64,000 bases of DNA from Bacteroidota bacterium (GTDB lineage Bacteria > Bacteroidota > Bacteroidia > UBA4408). Every line of letters begins with the position of its first letter. The stretch's first letter is position 1. The stretch spans positions 403,652 to 467,651 of the forward strand of contig JADKCP010000004.1 of assembly GCA_016718805.1 (NCBI GenBank), read 5' to 3'. Under the pieces are notes generated by a model that had not been told where the DNA came from, made no database searches, and saw nothing but the letters and a program-made list of their open reading frames with translations. Positions 39,146 to 50,500 of this stretch are shown piece after piece. A program made the translations under genes and the position numbers.

Positions 39146-41173
39146 ATGACTCAAACACAAGCAAAGTTTACCAATAAGCTCATTCACGAAACTAGTCCTT
39201 ATTTGTTACAGCATGCCCACAATCCGGTTGATTGGTATGCCTGGAACGAAAACACTTTGCAAAAAGCAAAAGATGAAAACAAATTATTGCTAATCAGCAT
39301 CGGTTATTCGGCATGTCATTGGTGCCATGTTATGGAGCACGAAAGTTTTGAAAACGAAGGAATAGCGCAGCTAATGAATGCTCACTTCATTTGTGTTAAA
39401 GTGGATAGAGAAGAGCGTCCTGATATTGATCAAGTATACATGAATGCCGTGCAGTTAATGACCGGCAGCGGCGGATGGCCACTGAATTGCTTTGCTCTGC
39501 CGGATGGTCGTCCTATTTATGGAGGTACTTATTTTCAACCTGAGCGCTGGAAAAATGTGTTGTTGAACATTGCTGATTTATACAGCAACGAACCTAACAA
39601 AGCTATTGAATATGCTCAAAAATTAGTAGATGGCATTCATCAAAGTGAACTCATAAAGCGTGAGGAAAAAGCAGCAGAATTTACCACTGAAGAGTTAGCA
39701 AAAATAGTTTCCGAATGGTGTAAACGCTTTGATACAATTGAAGGGGGAGCAGATAGAACTCCGAAATTTCCTTTACCTAATAACTATTTATTTTTGTTGC
39801 AGTTCGCCTTCCTTCAAAAAAGCCCTGCAATTGAAAGGCATGTGCATCTTACTTTACAAAAAATGGCAATGGGTGGAATTTATGATCAATTGGGAGGTGG
39901 ATTTGCTCGCTACTCAACCGATCATTTGTGGAAGGTACCTCATTTCGAAAAAATGTTGTACGACAATGCTCAGTTAGTGAGTTTGTACAGCGAAGCATTT
40001 CAAACTACACAAAAAGAGCTATACAAAAATGTAGTTGTTGAAACTCTCCGTTTTATTGAACGCGAAATGACTTCTACTGAAGGTGCATTTTATTCGGCTT
40101 TGGATGCCGACACTGAGGGAAAGGAAGGAAAATACTATGTATGGACAAAAGAAGAATTACAGCATTTGTTAGGTGAGGCTTTTGAAATTGCATCAACCTA
40201 CTATTCGGTAAATGAAATTGGCTATTGGGAAGAAGAAAACTACATTTTACTCAGAAAAAAAGAAGATCATGAATTGGCGCAAGCATTGAATTTAGATGAA
40301 GCTGAATTGCTTGTGAAGCTTGAAACGATAAAGAAGATACTACTCCATGCGCGAGAAAAAAGAGCAAGACCCGGCTTAGATGATAAAATTTTATGTTCGT
40401 GGAATGCATTGATGATTAAGGGATACAGCAATGCGTACAAGGTATTTGGCACAGAAAATTATTTACGAATAGCTGATGAAGCAGCCAAATTTATTTGCAA
40501 CAAAATGATGCAAGATGATTGTACTCTTCTTCATTCCTATAAAAATGGAAAGGCAGTAATCAATGGTTTTTTGGAAGATTATTGCTTTACAATAGAAGCT
40601 TATATTTCCTTGTACGATGTTACTTTTAATGAATTTTATTTAGAAGATGCTAAACGTCTTATGGATTATAGCATTGCGCATTTTTATGATTCGGAAAGCG
40701 GATTTTTCTTTTTTACATCGGACCTAGATGCTCCATTGATAGCGCGAAAGATGGAAACTTCCGACAATGTAATTCCTGCATCAAATTCAAGCATTGCCCA
40801 TTCTCTTTTTTTGTTAGGTCATTATTTTGATGTGCCCGATTATATAGATAAGTCACGTCAAATGCTTCGGAATGTGAAACGAATGATGCTACATTATGGA
40901 GAAGGTTATTCGAATTGGGCAAGGTTACAACTCTATGAGCTAACGCCATTTTACGAGATTGCAATTGTGGGAAATAACGCTGAAAAATTTCGGGTAGACC
41001 TTCAAAAAATCTATCTTCCCAATACACTAATTATGGGCTCAGCACACACAAGTAAGCTTCCTTTGCTTGAAAACAAATACGTTGAAAACAAAACTTTAAT
41101 ATACGTATGCAAGGAAAGAAATTGCTTTTTACCTGTTGAAACGGTTGATGATGCAATGAAGTTGCTGAAGTAA
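39146..41173 (+). CDS. Thioredoxin-domain protein of the YyaL/DUF255 family, with a six-hairpin glycosidase-like C-terminus.
   Basis: [54 protein letters not shown]... matches DUF255. The start is taken at the internal ATG 39146, which avoids overlap with the upstream gene. Confidence 0.8.
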   Translation: MTQTQAKFTNKLIHETSPYLLQHAHNPVDWYAWNENTLQKAKDENKLLLISIGYSACHWCHVMEHESFENEGIAQLMNAHFICVKVDREERPDIDQVYMNAVQLMTGSGGWPLNCFALPDGRPIYGGTYFQPERWKNVLLNIADLYSNEPNKAIEYAQKLVDGIHQSELIKREEKAAEFTTEELAKIVSEWCKRFDTIEGGADRTPKFPLPNNYLFLLQFAFLQKSPAIERHVHLTLQKMAMGGIYDQLGGGFARYSTDHLWKVPHFEKMLYDNAQLVSLYSEAFQTTQKELYKNVVVETLRFIEREMTSTEGAFYSALDADTEGKEGKYYVWTKEELQHLLGEAFEIASTYYSVNEIGYWEEENYILLRKKEDHELAQALNLDEAELLVKLETIKKILLHAREKRARPGLDDKILCSWNALMIKGYSNAYKVFGTENYLRIADEAAKFICNKMMQDDCTLLHSYKNGKAVINGFLEDYCFTIEAYISLYDVTFNEFYLEDAKRLMDYSIAHFYDSESGFFFFTSDLDAPLIARKMETSDNVIPASNSSIAHSLFLLGHYFDVPDYIDKSRQMLRNVKRMMLHYGEGYSNWARLQLYELTPFYEIAIVGNNAEKFRVDLQKIYLPNTLIMGSAHTSKLPLLENKYVENKTLIYVCKERNCFLPVETVDDAMKLLK

Positions 41174-41309
41174 AATTTTTAGTCAACTAGAAAGGAACAG
41201 TTTTGATAATCTATCCCAATTACTGCTAGAAATAGATGCTTGCTGTTAATTTGAACAGTTTTTGAACTCGCTGGATGTAGAAAAATATTAAACAAGGACA
41301 TCCGTCTAA

Positions 41310-43256
41310 TTAAGTGATTACTTTTGCTTGCTCAAGTTTTTCGTTCAAGGCAGCCCAGTTTTCCATTTCCTTTTCGAGCAGCACTTTGGTGGATTCGTAT
41401 TTTTGAAACAGGTCGCTACTTTTCATGGCCTCTTTATATTTTTCAGGATCCATCAGCACTTCATCCATTTGCTTCAGTTCTAATTCGAGTCGTTCAATTT
41501 CTTTTTCGCTTTTGCTTATTTGATTTGAAATTTTTCGAAGTTCCTTTTCATTTTCCCTTTTTTGTTCGAATGAAACTTTGTTCTCTGATTTTCTTTCATC
41601 CGATTCGGCTTTTGCAGCAATTGCTTTTACTTCGAGTTCGCCCAGATTAGCTATTTTTTTTGATGCTAAAAAATCGTACACATCACCAATGTGTTGCTTG
41701 ATGCTTTTGTTGCGAAATTCAAAAACTTTGTTGGTTAATCCTTGTAAAAAATCACGATCGTGGCTCACAATGATTAAGGTTCCATCGTAATTTATTAATG
41801 CTTGTTTCAACACGTCTTTACTGCGCATGTCGAGGTGGTTGGTAGGTTCATCCAACACCAATAAATTATACGGATGTAAAAGTAGTTTGCACATGGCCAA
41901 ACGCGATTTTTCTCCACCTGAAAGTACTTTTACTTTTTTGTCGATAGTATCGCCACTGAATAAAAATGAACCCAGCAAGCCGCGCACATTTTTACGAATT
42001 TCGCCTACAGCAGCTTCATCAATTGTTTCGAAAACCGATTTATCCCCATCCAGCATCTCTGCTTGGTTTTGCGCATAATATCCAATTTCGGTATTGTGAC
42101 CAATTATGAGTTTTCCTTCATAGGATTCCTTGCCAACAATTAACTTTGATAAGGTTGATTTTCCTTCGCCATTTCGTCCAACAAAAGCAATTTTTTCCTG
42201 GCGTTCAATCATAAAATCAACGCCTGTAAAAATGACCTTATCACCATATTTTTTCTGTACTTCCTGCGCTTCCACCACTACTTTTCCTGCACGCGGTGCC
42301 GGTGGAAAACGGAAACGAATACTTGAAGTTTCTTCGTCGTCAACCTCCACTCTTTCGAGCTTATCTAACTTTTTGATTAGGCTTTGTGCAAAAGCTGCCT
42401 TGTTTTTTTTCGCACGAAACTTATTAATAAGCTCTTCGGTATGTTCAATATACTTTTCTTGATTTTTAGCCTCGGCTTGTTGCAATGCTCTACGTTCATT
42501 ACGTAGTTCAACATAGCGCGAATAATTGGTTTTATAATCGTATATTTTACCTAAACTAATTTCTATTGTACGGTTGGTGATGGTATCTAAAAAAGCTCTA
42601 TCGTGACTAACTAACACCAAGGCTCCCGCATAGTTTTTCAAAAAATCTTCGAGCCATTGAATACTTTCAATATCGAGGTGATTGGTTGGCTCATCCAGCA
42701 ACAACACACTTGGTTTTTGAAGTAATATTTTGGCTAGTTCAATGCGCATTCTCCAGCCTCCGCTGAATTCATCCGTTAAACGCGTTAAATCTTCCCGTTC
42801 AAATCCTAATCCAAATAAGACCAGTTCAATGTTGGCATGAATTGAATAGCCATCGAGTAGTTGAAATCGCTCGTTTTTATCGTTAAGTTGGTGTATTAAA
42901 TTATAGTACTCAGTGCTGTTGTGATCTTCTCGGGTTGCTAACTGTTCGTTGATATGTTCGATAGCGTGTTCTAATTCTCTAATTTCCTTAAAAGCAGTAG
43001 CCGCTTCATCAAACACAGAGTTGCCTGATTGATATACCATTTCTTGAGGCAAATAGCCGATAGTACACTCATTTTGTTTCGCGATAGTGCCTGTTTCTGA
43101 TGCTTGTGCACCACTTAATATTTTGAGAAGCGTTGATTTTCCTGCACCATTTTTACCAACCAAACCAATTCGATCGCGCGAATTAACCAAAAACGAAACT
43201 TCGTCGAACAAATAATTTCCCCCAAATTGTACTGATAGTTGATTTACCGAAATCAT
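41310..43256 (-). CDS. ABC-F family ATPase (Uup/YbiT-like): two ABC domains and a C-terminal coiled coil, with no transmembrane domain.
   Basis: Two Walker A motifs (GKNGAGKST, GRNGEGKST) and two signature motifs (LSGGWRMR, LSGGEKSR). Lys/Glu-rich C-terminus. Confidence 0.85.
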   Translation of the reverse strand: MISVNQLSVQFGGNYLFDEVSFLVNSRDRIGLVGKNGAGKSTLLKILSGAQASETGTIAKQNECTIGYLPQEMVYQSGNSVFDEAATAFKEIRELEHAIEHINEQLATREDHNSTEYYNLIHQLNDKNERFQLLDGYSIHANIELVLFGLGFEREDLTRLTDEFSGGWRMRIELAKILLQKPSVLLLDEPTNHLDIESIQWLEDFLKNYAGALVLVSHDRAFLDTITNRTIEISLGKIYDYKTNYSRYVELRNERRALQQAEAKNQEKYIEHTEELINKFRAKKNKAAFAQSLIKKLDKLERVEVDDEETSSIRFRFPPAPRAGKVVVEAQEVQKKYGDKVIFTGVDFMIERQEKIAFVGRNGEGKSTLSKLIVGKESYEGKLIIGHNTEIGYYAQNQAEMLDGDKSVFETIDEAAVGEIRKNVRGLLGSFLFSGDTIDKKVKVLSGGEKSRLAMCKLLLHPYNLLVLDEPTNHLDMRSKDVLKQALINYDGTLIIVSHDRDFLQGLTNKVFEFRNKSIKQHIGDVYDFLASKKIANLGELEVKAIAAKAESDERKSENKVSFEQKRENEKELRKISNQISKSEKEIERLELELKQMDEVLMDPEKYKEAMKSSDLFQKYESTKVLLEKEMENWAALNEKLEQAKVIT

Positions 43257-43408
43257 TGTGTATTAAAAAATAGGCTGCAAAAGTAGGAAATTAGCTGAGG
43301 TATTCTTTTAGGAAACAGTTACACTCTACAAATAAAATATGAAAATAAACTAACTGTAAATGTGTATTCAAAAAGGCTTTTGGGCCTTTATATAGCAGTA
43401 AATTCGGC

Positions 43409-44638
43409 CTATTTTATTTGAATATGTTCCTTTTTAATAAGTGTTTGAGAAGGGTAAAAAGCTGCTAAAAACCCAATGGTAAGCACTGTTCCAAAAACAA
43501 AAACAAAATCGCTAAGTTGCATCCTAACGGGATAGGTATCTACTACAAAAGAACCGCCGCCCGGCATTTTAATCCATCCAAAATGAAGTTGCGATAGGCA
43601 AATTGCGGTTCCCAATAACAAACCTGAAATGCCTCCGATAAAGGAAATCATCAAGCCTTCAGTTAAAAACAATTTTCGAATAAAGGAAACTGTAGCACCC
43701 ATACTTCTTAAAACAACCATATCTTTTTTCTTCTCAATTATGAGCATGGTAAGCGACCCTATTACATTAAACGTAGCGATAATCAATATAAATCCAAGAA
43801 TTAAAAAAACCGCCCATTTTTCTGAACGCATAATTTTATAGAGCAATGCATGTTGCTGGAAGCGGTTTTTCACGATTAATTTGTTTCCGGAAATTTGTTC
43901 AATTTGTGCTTGTACTTTTTTGATATCAGTTCCCGGTTTAATTAGAATTTCAATTGCGCTAACTTGGCTTGAGTAGTTCAACATTTTTTTTACAAAAGGC
44001 AAAGGAAGCAGCACATACTTTGAATCAAAATCTTGTTGTATTGCAAATATTCCACCGGCAGTTACGGCTTCACTTGTAAATGCGCTTTCAGGATTTAAGC
44101 TATTAAAAGTAACACCTCGCCTGGGAACGTATACTTGCAAAAAACTCAACACATCGTGAATATTTACTCCCAATTTATTGGCAACACCTTGACCAACTAA
44201 AGCAAAATACGTGCAGTCGCGTTGCAGGGCAATTTTACCATCGGCAAGCATAGTATCGAGTCCGGTTTGTTGCAAGTAATCACTGTTAACTCCCTTGATG
44301 GTGGCTATATACTGTCGGTTATTGTATTTCAGTAGCGCGTTTTCTTCAACAACAGGACTTAGTGCACGAATTCCTTCAACACTAGTTAATTGTTGGTACA
44401 GGTAATCAGAAGGTTCAAATGTTTTACCATATTTTGCGGTTATTTCAATATCGGGATCAAATGAATTGTACAAGGACATGACCAGATTTTCAAATCCATT
44501 AAATACAGAAAGTACCACAATTAGTGCAGTAGTACCAACGGTTACACCTACAATAGAAATAGCAGTAATAACATTTATCGCATTGTGCGATTTTTTTGAA
44601 ATAAGGTAGCGCCTGGCAATGAATAGTGAAAGATTCAT
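43409..44638 (-). CDS. FtsX-like ABC transporter permease (LolC/LolE-like).
   Basis: 409 aa with an N-terminal transmembrane helix, a large periplasmic loop and three C-terminal transmembrane helices. Confidence 0.7.
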   Translation of the reverse strand: MNLSLFIARRYLISKKSHNAINVITAISIVGVTVGTTALIVVLSVFNGFENLVMSLYNSFDPDIEITAKYGKTFEPSDYLYQQLTSVEGIRALSPVVEENALLKYNNRQYIATIKGVNSDYLQQTGLDTMLADGKIALQRDCTYFALVGQGVANKLGVNIHDVLSFLQVYVPRRGVTFNSLNPESAFTSEAVTAGGIFAIQQDFDSKYVLLPLPFVKKMLNYSSQVSAIEILIKPGTDIKKVQAQIEQISGNKLIVKNRFQQHALLYKIMRSEKWAVFLILGFILIIATFNVIGSLTMLIIEKKKDMVVLRSMGATVSFIRKLFLTEGLMISFIGGISGLLLGTAICLSQLHFGWIKMPGGGSFVVDTYPVRMQLSDFVFVFGTVLTIGFLAAFYPSQTLIKKEHIQIK

Positions 44639-44677
44639 ATGTTCATTTTTAAGCCTTGGCTGATGTACTAACTAAAT

Positions 44678-45484
44678 TTATTTCCAGGCCTTAACTATTA
44701 ATCCGGTACCGGTTGGGTGATCCATATGGGTATCCAAATAGTTAAGCACAAACGAAATCGGATAAGTAATTAAATAATACAGCGGAAGTATGAGGTAAAA
44801 CAATTTAGACTTACCGAGCATTAGAATAGGATATTTCATACTGAGCTTCCACGAAATTTTACCCGGAGTACCGTAAGAGTAGCGCACGTCAGCTTTACTA
44901 AAGCCGGCAGATTTTAATTTATCGGCAATTTCCTTCGCATTGTATCCATCTCTAACATGTTCTTCAATAAATGAAGTTTCTCCATCGCTATGCACATCAG
45001 AACCTCCCTGGTCAGAAGGAGTTGAAATTAACAACATACCACCACTTTTAAGGGAGGCATGAAAGTTTTTGAACACCTGCACATCTTCTAAAATATGCTC
45101 CATCACATCAACTGATAAAACTAAATCAAAACTATTTTCTTGCTTAAAAACAGTGAGGTCTTCAACACTAAAATGCACATTGTTTCGCTTTACTTTCTTA
45201 AAAAAGCGGGAACAATCTGCAACTTGTTCTTCTTTTACATCCACTGCTTTAATTGTCCATTTTGAATTAATACCTGATAGGTAATAGGAATATTGCCCAA
45301 AGCCCATTCCTGCATCAAGAATAGAAATATAGCTTCTACTAGAGCGATTCCACAATTTAATTTCTTTGTGAATATGCCAACTACGAAGCAATAGCAAATC
45401 GAGTAATTTGTAAAAAACGATGCGTAAAAAAGGCGTGGTATTAAAAACTTTACCTAATGAACTTTTAATTGGGTCGTAAAACAT
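44678..45484 (-). CDS. Class I SAM-dependent methyltransferase.
   Basis: ILDAGMGFGQYSYYLS is motif I. Confidence 0.6.
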   Translation of the reverse strand: MFYDPIKSSLGKVFNTTPFLRIVFYKLLDLLLLRSWHIHKEIKLWNRSSRSYISILDAGMGFGQYSYYLSGINSKWTIKAVDVKEEQVADCSRFFKKVKRNNVHFSVEDLTVFKQENSFDLVLSVDVMEHILEDVQVFKNFHASLKSGGMLLISTPSDQGGSDVHSDGETSFIEEHVRDGYNAKEIADKLKSAGFSKADVRYSYGTPGKISWKLSMKYPILMLGKSKLFYLILPLYYLITYPISFVLNYLDTHMDHPTGTGLIVKAWK

Positions 45485-45504
45485 TTGATGAAGCGCAGTA
45501 TAAA

Positions 45505-45852
45505 TTATTTTTTAAGAAGTGATTCAATTTTCATGGCATAGTCGAGCGAGTCGTCGATAAAAAATTCGAAGTTTGGAATTATCCGAACCTGTTGTTTAAT
45601 TCTATCGCCGATGCGTTTTCTGATTTCCTTGCTTTGCGATTTGATAAGCTTAAGTGTTGGTTCCCTATCCTTTTCGATCAAAATACTTAGATACACTTTA
45701 GCAACTGATAAATCAGCACTTATTCGCACTGTTGTAACAGTAATGAAAGCTCTGTTAAATAAGTTTCCACTTTCGCGCTGAAAAAATTCGCCGAGCTCTT
45801 TTTGCAATAGGCGCGATACCTTATTTTGACGTGTAGAATCCATTGTGGGCAA
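45505..45852 (-). CDS. rbfA: Ribosome-binding factor A.
   Basis: ...LFNRAFITVTTVRISADLSVAKVYLS... Confidence 0.8.
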   Translation of the reverse strand: MPTMDSTRQNKVSRLLQKELGEFFQRESGNLFNRAFITVTTVRISADLSVAKVYLSILIEKDREPTLKLIKSQSKEIRKRIGDRIKQQVRIIPNFEFFIDDSLDYAMKIESLLKK

Positions 45853-45874
45853 ATGTATTAAAAAAATCTTCGGA

Positions 45875-47179
45875 TTATTTTAAACGGAAAAACAGTTGTA
45901 GTGGGACACCTTCAAAATCGAACTTAAGTCGCATTTGATTTTCAACAAATCTTCGGTACGATTCCTTTACTAATTGCGGCTGATTGCAGAAAAAAGCAAA
46001 GGAAGGCGCCAGTGTAGGCAACTGGGTACAAAATTTAATTTTTATGTATTGTCCATTTAAAGCAGGTGGTGGATTGGCTTGTATAATGGGAAGCATTACC
46101 TCGTTGAGTACATTGGTTTTTATTCGCTGTGTGCGGTTTTGATGCACTTTGGTAGCTACTTCCAATGCTTTAAATATGCGTTGTTTGCTTAACGCAGAAA
46201 TAAAAACAATGGGAACATCCTTGAATGGCATCAATTTTTTACGAATTTTTTCTTCGTAGTCTTTGGTGGTATTATTTTCCTTTTCTATTAAATCCCATTT
46301 ATTCACTAGGATAACTATACCCTTTCGATTGCGTTCAGCTAGGTGAAAAATATTTAAATCCTGAGATTCAATTCCTTCCTTCGCATCGAGCACTAATAAG
46401 CAAACATCGCAGCTTTCGATAGCTTTAATAGAGCGCATTACGGAATAAAATTCGAGGTCTTCGTGAACCTTTCCTTTCTTTCGAACTCCTGCTGTATCAA
46501 CCAATAAAAAATCGTGTCCAAAGCTTTGGTAGCGCGTGTGAATTGTATCGCGTGTGGTACCAGCTATATTGGTTACAATGTTTCGCTCCTCGCCTACTAA
46601 GGCATTCAGTAGTGACGATTTTCCAACATTCGGGCGACCAACAATTGCAAACTTTGGTAGGTCGAGTTGTTCTTCATCTTCTTCACTCTTAAAGGATTTT
46701 ACCACATCGTCGAGTAAATCACCTGTGCCGCTGCCATTTATTGACGAGATGCAATACACTTCTCCAAGACCTAAACCATAAAATTCAGCAGCCCATGCCT
46801 GACGGTCGCCATTATCCACCTTGTTGGCTATTAAAAATACCTTCTTTTTTGTTTTTCGAAGTAAATTGGCAACATCTCTATCGTCGTCAGTAGCACCGGT
46901 CGCAACATCCACTACAAATAAAAGTACAGATGCTTCGTCAATTGCAATTTTTACTTGCTTCCGTATTTCTCCTTCAAAAATATCGTCAGAACCTGTTACA
47001 TAGCCACCCGTATCAATTACACTAAACTCACGACCATTCCATTCACATTTTCCATAGTGACGGTCGCGGGTAACGCCGCTAATTTCGTCGACAATGGCAG
47101 CACGGGTTTCGGTAAGGCGATTAAAAAGCGTTGATTTTCCAACATTAGGACGACCAACAATTGCTACAATATTTGACAC
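45875..47179 (-). CDS. der: Ribosome-associated GTPase Der (EngA).
   Basis: Two GTPase domains: [19 protein letters not shown] and [18 protein letters not shown]. Confidence 0.9.
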   Translation of the reverse strand: MSNIVAIVGRPNVGKSTLFNRLTETRAAIVDEISGVTRDRHYGKCEWNGREFSVIDTGGYVTGSDDIFEGEIRKQVKIAIDEASVLLFVVDVATGATDDDRDVANLLRKTKKKVFLIANKVDNGDRQAWAAEFYGLGLGEVYCISSINGSGTGDLLDDVVKSFKSEEDEEQLDLPKFAIVGRPNVGKSSLLNALVGEERNIVTNIAGTTRDTIHTRYQSFGHDFLLVDTAGVRKKGKVHEDLEFYSVMRSIKAIESCDVCLLVLDAKEGIESQDLNIFHLAERNRKGIVILVNKWDLIEKENNTTKDYEEKIRKKLMPFKDVPIVFISALSKQRIFKALEVATKVHQNRTQRIKTNVLNEVMLPIIQANPPPALNGQYIKIKFCTQLPTLAPSFAFFCNQPQLVKESYRRFVENQMRLKFDFEGVPLQLFFRLK

Positions 47180-47579
47180 GGTACGCAGGTTTTAAAACAA
47201 AAAAGCCGATGAATCGGCTTCTACATCTACTTATTTTCGGAAACAAATGTACTTAAACTTTGCGACATTTGGTTATAAAGCGAACCTTCTCTTCAAAATA
47301 AGTGGGAAAAATCAAAGTGATTATTCTTTTGTAGATTAATGTTGACAAGCCTTTGGGATTTTTATTCTCTGATTTCTTTTTTTAGATTTGCGTTCTAATT
47401 AACCTAAAATCAATTGAATCCTTATGAAAATATTTGTACGAAATAATTTTTCGAAAATAATTAGAAGTGTATTAATACAAAAAAAATAGTAATAGAATAA
47501 TAGCTGTTTTATATGCTAGATGTCGTTATACAGAAAATAAAATCACACTAACAAATTCAATTCAATCAGTTAATAGCAC

Positions 47580-50500
47580 ATGAAAAAACTTAGAAGTAGC
47601 TTAAAATTAATATTGGCTTTAGTTCTGTGTCTTGGTGTTAAACAAGCTTCAAGTCAAATAACAGTTTCAACTACCAATACCTTTACAAATAATAACGGTA
47701 GTGGTACTGTAACATTTAACTTTGAAAATACCAACACAAGCGACATTATCATTACCGATATTGAAGGAATAACCGGATCAAGTGGCACATTTTCGGTAGA
47801 TTTTTGGTATAAAACTACTCCGGTTAATGGGGCTCCGGGAGCAATTTCGGTAGCAAATGGTTGGACACTTGTTGCAACAGGTACGATAACAGGTGTTGCC
47901 AACACAATCTCTACAACCACTCAATCATTTTTTAGCGGATTGAATTTTAATGTTCCGGCTGGAGCGCTTTATGGATTTGCTGTATCGGCTTACAATGGAA
48001 CTGCCGGAGTTCAACGTTATCATACAATTGTTGCCCCCAATCTTCCAACTGTAACAATGTCGGCAGGTGGTTGTAACATTATAACGGGAACAAACATTGG
48101 ATATGGAGGCGGAGCACCGCCAACAGCGCCAGGAAACACACCGCGAGGTTGGTTAGGTTCTATCTCTTTTATACCTGCAATTCCCTGTACTGCACCGCCT
48201 ACAGCTGGTATGACAATTTCAAATGATTCAACTGTTTGCCCTAACACAAATTTCACGCTTGGTTTAACAGGAAACACACTGGCTTCAGGATTGTCATACC
48301 AATGGTTATCTTCTTCCAATAACACAAGCTGGACTCCTATTTCCGGTGCTACAAATATTAATTATAATACTAGCCAATTAACAAATACCTATTATCGTTG
48401 TATTGTTACCTGCAACAGTGTAAGTGATACTTCGAGCAGTGTATTTATTACTACCAATTCATTTATTAATTGCTATTGTACTTCAAATCCAACTTCAGCA
48501 GCTGGTAGTGATATAGGAAATCTTGCTGTTGCCAGTTTAAATAATGGAGTTGCCGGTGCTGCAACTAACAACCCAGCATCAACCGGAACCTATACTGATT
48601 ACACTTCTTTACCTCCTACTGCGCTCACCCAAGGAGCAAGCTATCCATTAGCTATTACTCAAATCAATAGTGCCGGTTTTACAGTGAACTTTGCAACTGT
48701 TCATATTGATTTTGATCACGATGGTATTTTTGACCCGGTGACCGAAACTTTTGCTATTGGAGCAAGTAACGCTGCTGCAGGAGGAAACATAATTAACGGG
48801 AATATTGCTATACCATTTACTGCGTTAACCGGTCAAACCAGAATGCGTGTAAAATTGCAAGCAGGAGGTTCAGCGACACAAAGTCCTTGTGGGACTTACG
48901 GAACCGGTGAAACAGAGGATTATATTGTTTCAATTGCAGCTGGTTCACCTTGTACGGCACCGCCAACAGCAGGTACCACTATGAGTTCGCTTTCGAGCGT
49001 GTGTCCTAGTACATCGGTTACTATTTCATTAAGTGGAAATTCAATAGGCACCGGTCAAACTTATGTTTGGGAATCTTCTCCGAATGGAACAAACTGGACA
49101 ACAGTTAATGGTGTAAGTTCAACCTTTTTTATTGCGACAATCACTAACACAATTCAGTACCGTTGTATAGTAACTTGCAGTGGGCAAAGCGCAACTTCAA
49201 CTCCTGTTGTCGTTACAATTAACCCACCTTCGTTATGTTATTGTGTAACCGGGCTTGGTGGTGGAAACTGTGGAGGTAATTTAATAACCACGGTAGAAAT
49301 AACCGGAACAACCCTGAATAGTGTATCAGCTGATACCTGTACCTTTACAACCGGAAATACATTAACTGTTTATCCGCCAACAGGTGCAACCACTGCAACA
49401 TTAATTCAAGGTGTTACATATGACTTAAATGTAACACTTTCTGCGAGCAGTATAGTTTCTGTTTGGATTGACTATGATAGGAATGGAATATATGCAGCAA
49501 GTGAATGGCAGCAGGTTGCAGTTACTTCAACATCAGGAACACCCAATACAATTCAAATTAATGTTCCCTTTTCATCTGGCCTCGGCCAAACAGGTATGCG
49601 TGTGAGAAGTAGAGGTGTGGGTAATACTAATGGAGCTCCGGATGCATGTACCAATTTTGGTAGTGGTGAATCTGAAGACTATGTTATAACTATTATTCCG
49701 AATACACCTTGTGCAGGAACTCCAATTGCAGGTACAACGGTATCTAGTGTTGTTTCAGCCTGTCCGAATGTTCCTTTCAGCTTAAGTTTAAGTGGAAATA
49801 CACTAGCTTCAGGCTTAACATATCAATGGCAAAATTCAACCAATAATGTTTTATGGAATTCTATAACTGGAGCAACTAATGTGGGCTATTCAACTACGCA
49901 GGTTGCTGACTATTATTACAGATGTATTGTTAGTTGTGGCGCTGCTTCCGATACTTCAACTGCTTTATTAGTAACAACAAATTCATTTTTTACTTGTTAC
50001 TGTGCTTCAAATGCAACCGACCCGGCTGATAGCGATATTGGAAATGTAAGCATTGGTTCATTAAATAATGGGAATCCAAATCCTGCAACAAACAATTCAA
50101 CGGCTACTTCAACCTATACCAGTTATAGTAACGTTTCACCGCCTGTATTGCTAAAAGGATTAAATTATCCTATTTCAGTAACACAAATAAACCAGCTTGC
50201 ATTTTTAGCTTGCAACTTAAAAGTGTATATCGATTATAACCAAGATGGAATTTATGATACAGCAACTGAGGAAGTGCTTAATGGACAGTCGAATGCAAAT
50301 TTAGGTGGTAATGTAATGAGTGGAAATGTGCAGATTCCAACTACTGCTAGTAGTGGTTTAACTGGAATGCGCGTGGTTCTGGTGGAGGGAACGTTTTCGA
50401 CTGTTACACCTTGTGGAACTTATTTTAATGGTGAAACAGAAGATTATATTGTAGAAATACAAACTCCATTGCCTTGTAGCACTCCTCCTGCTGCTGGAAC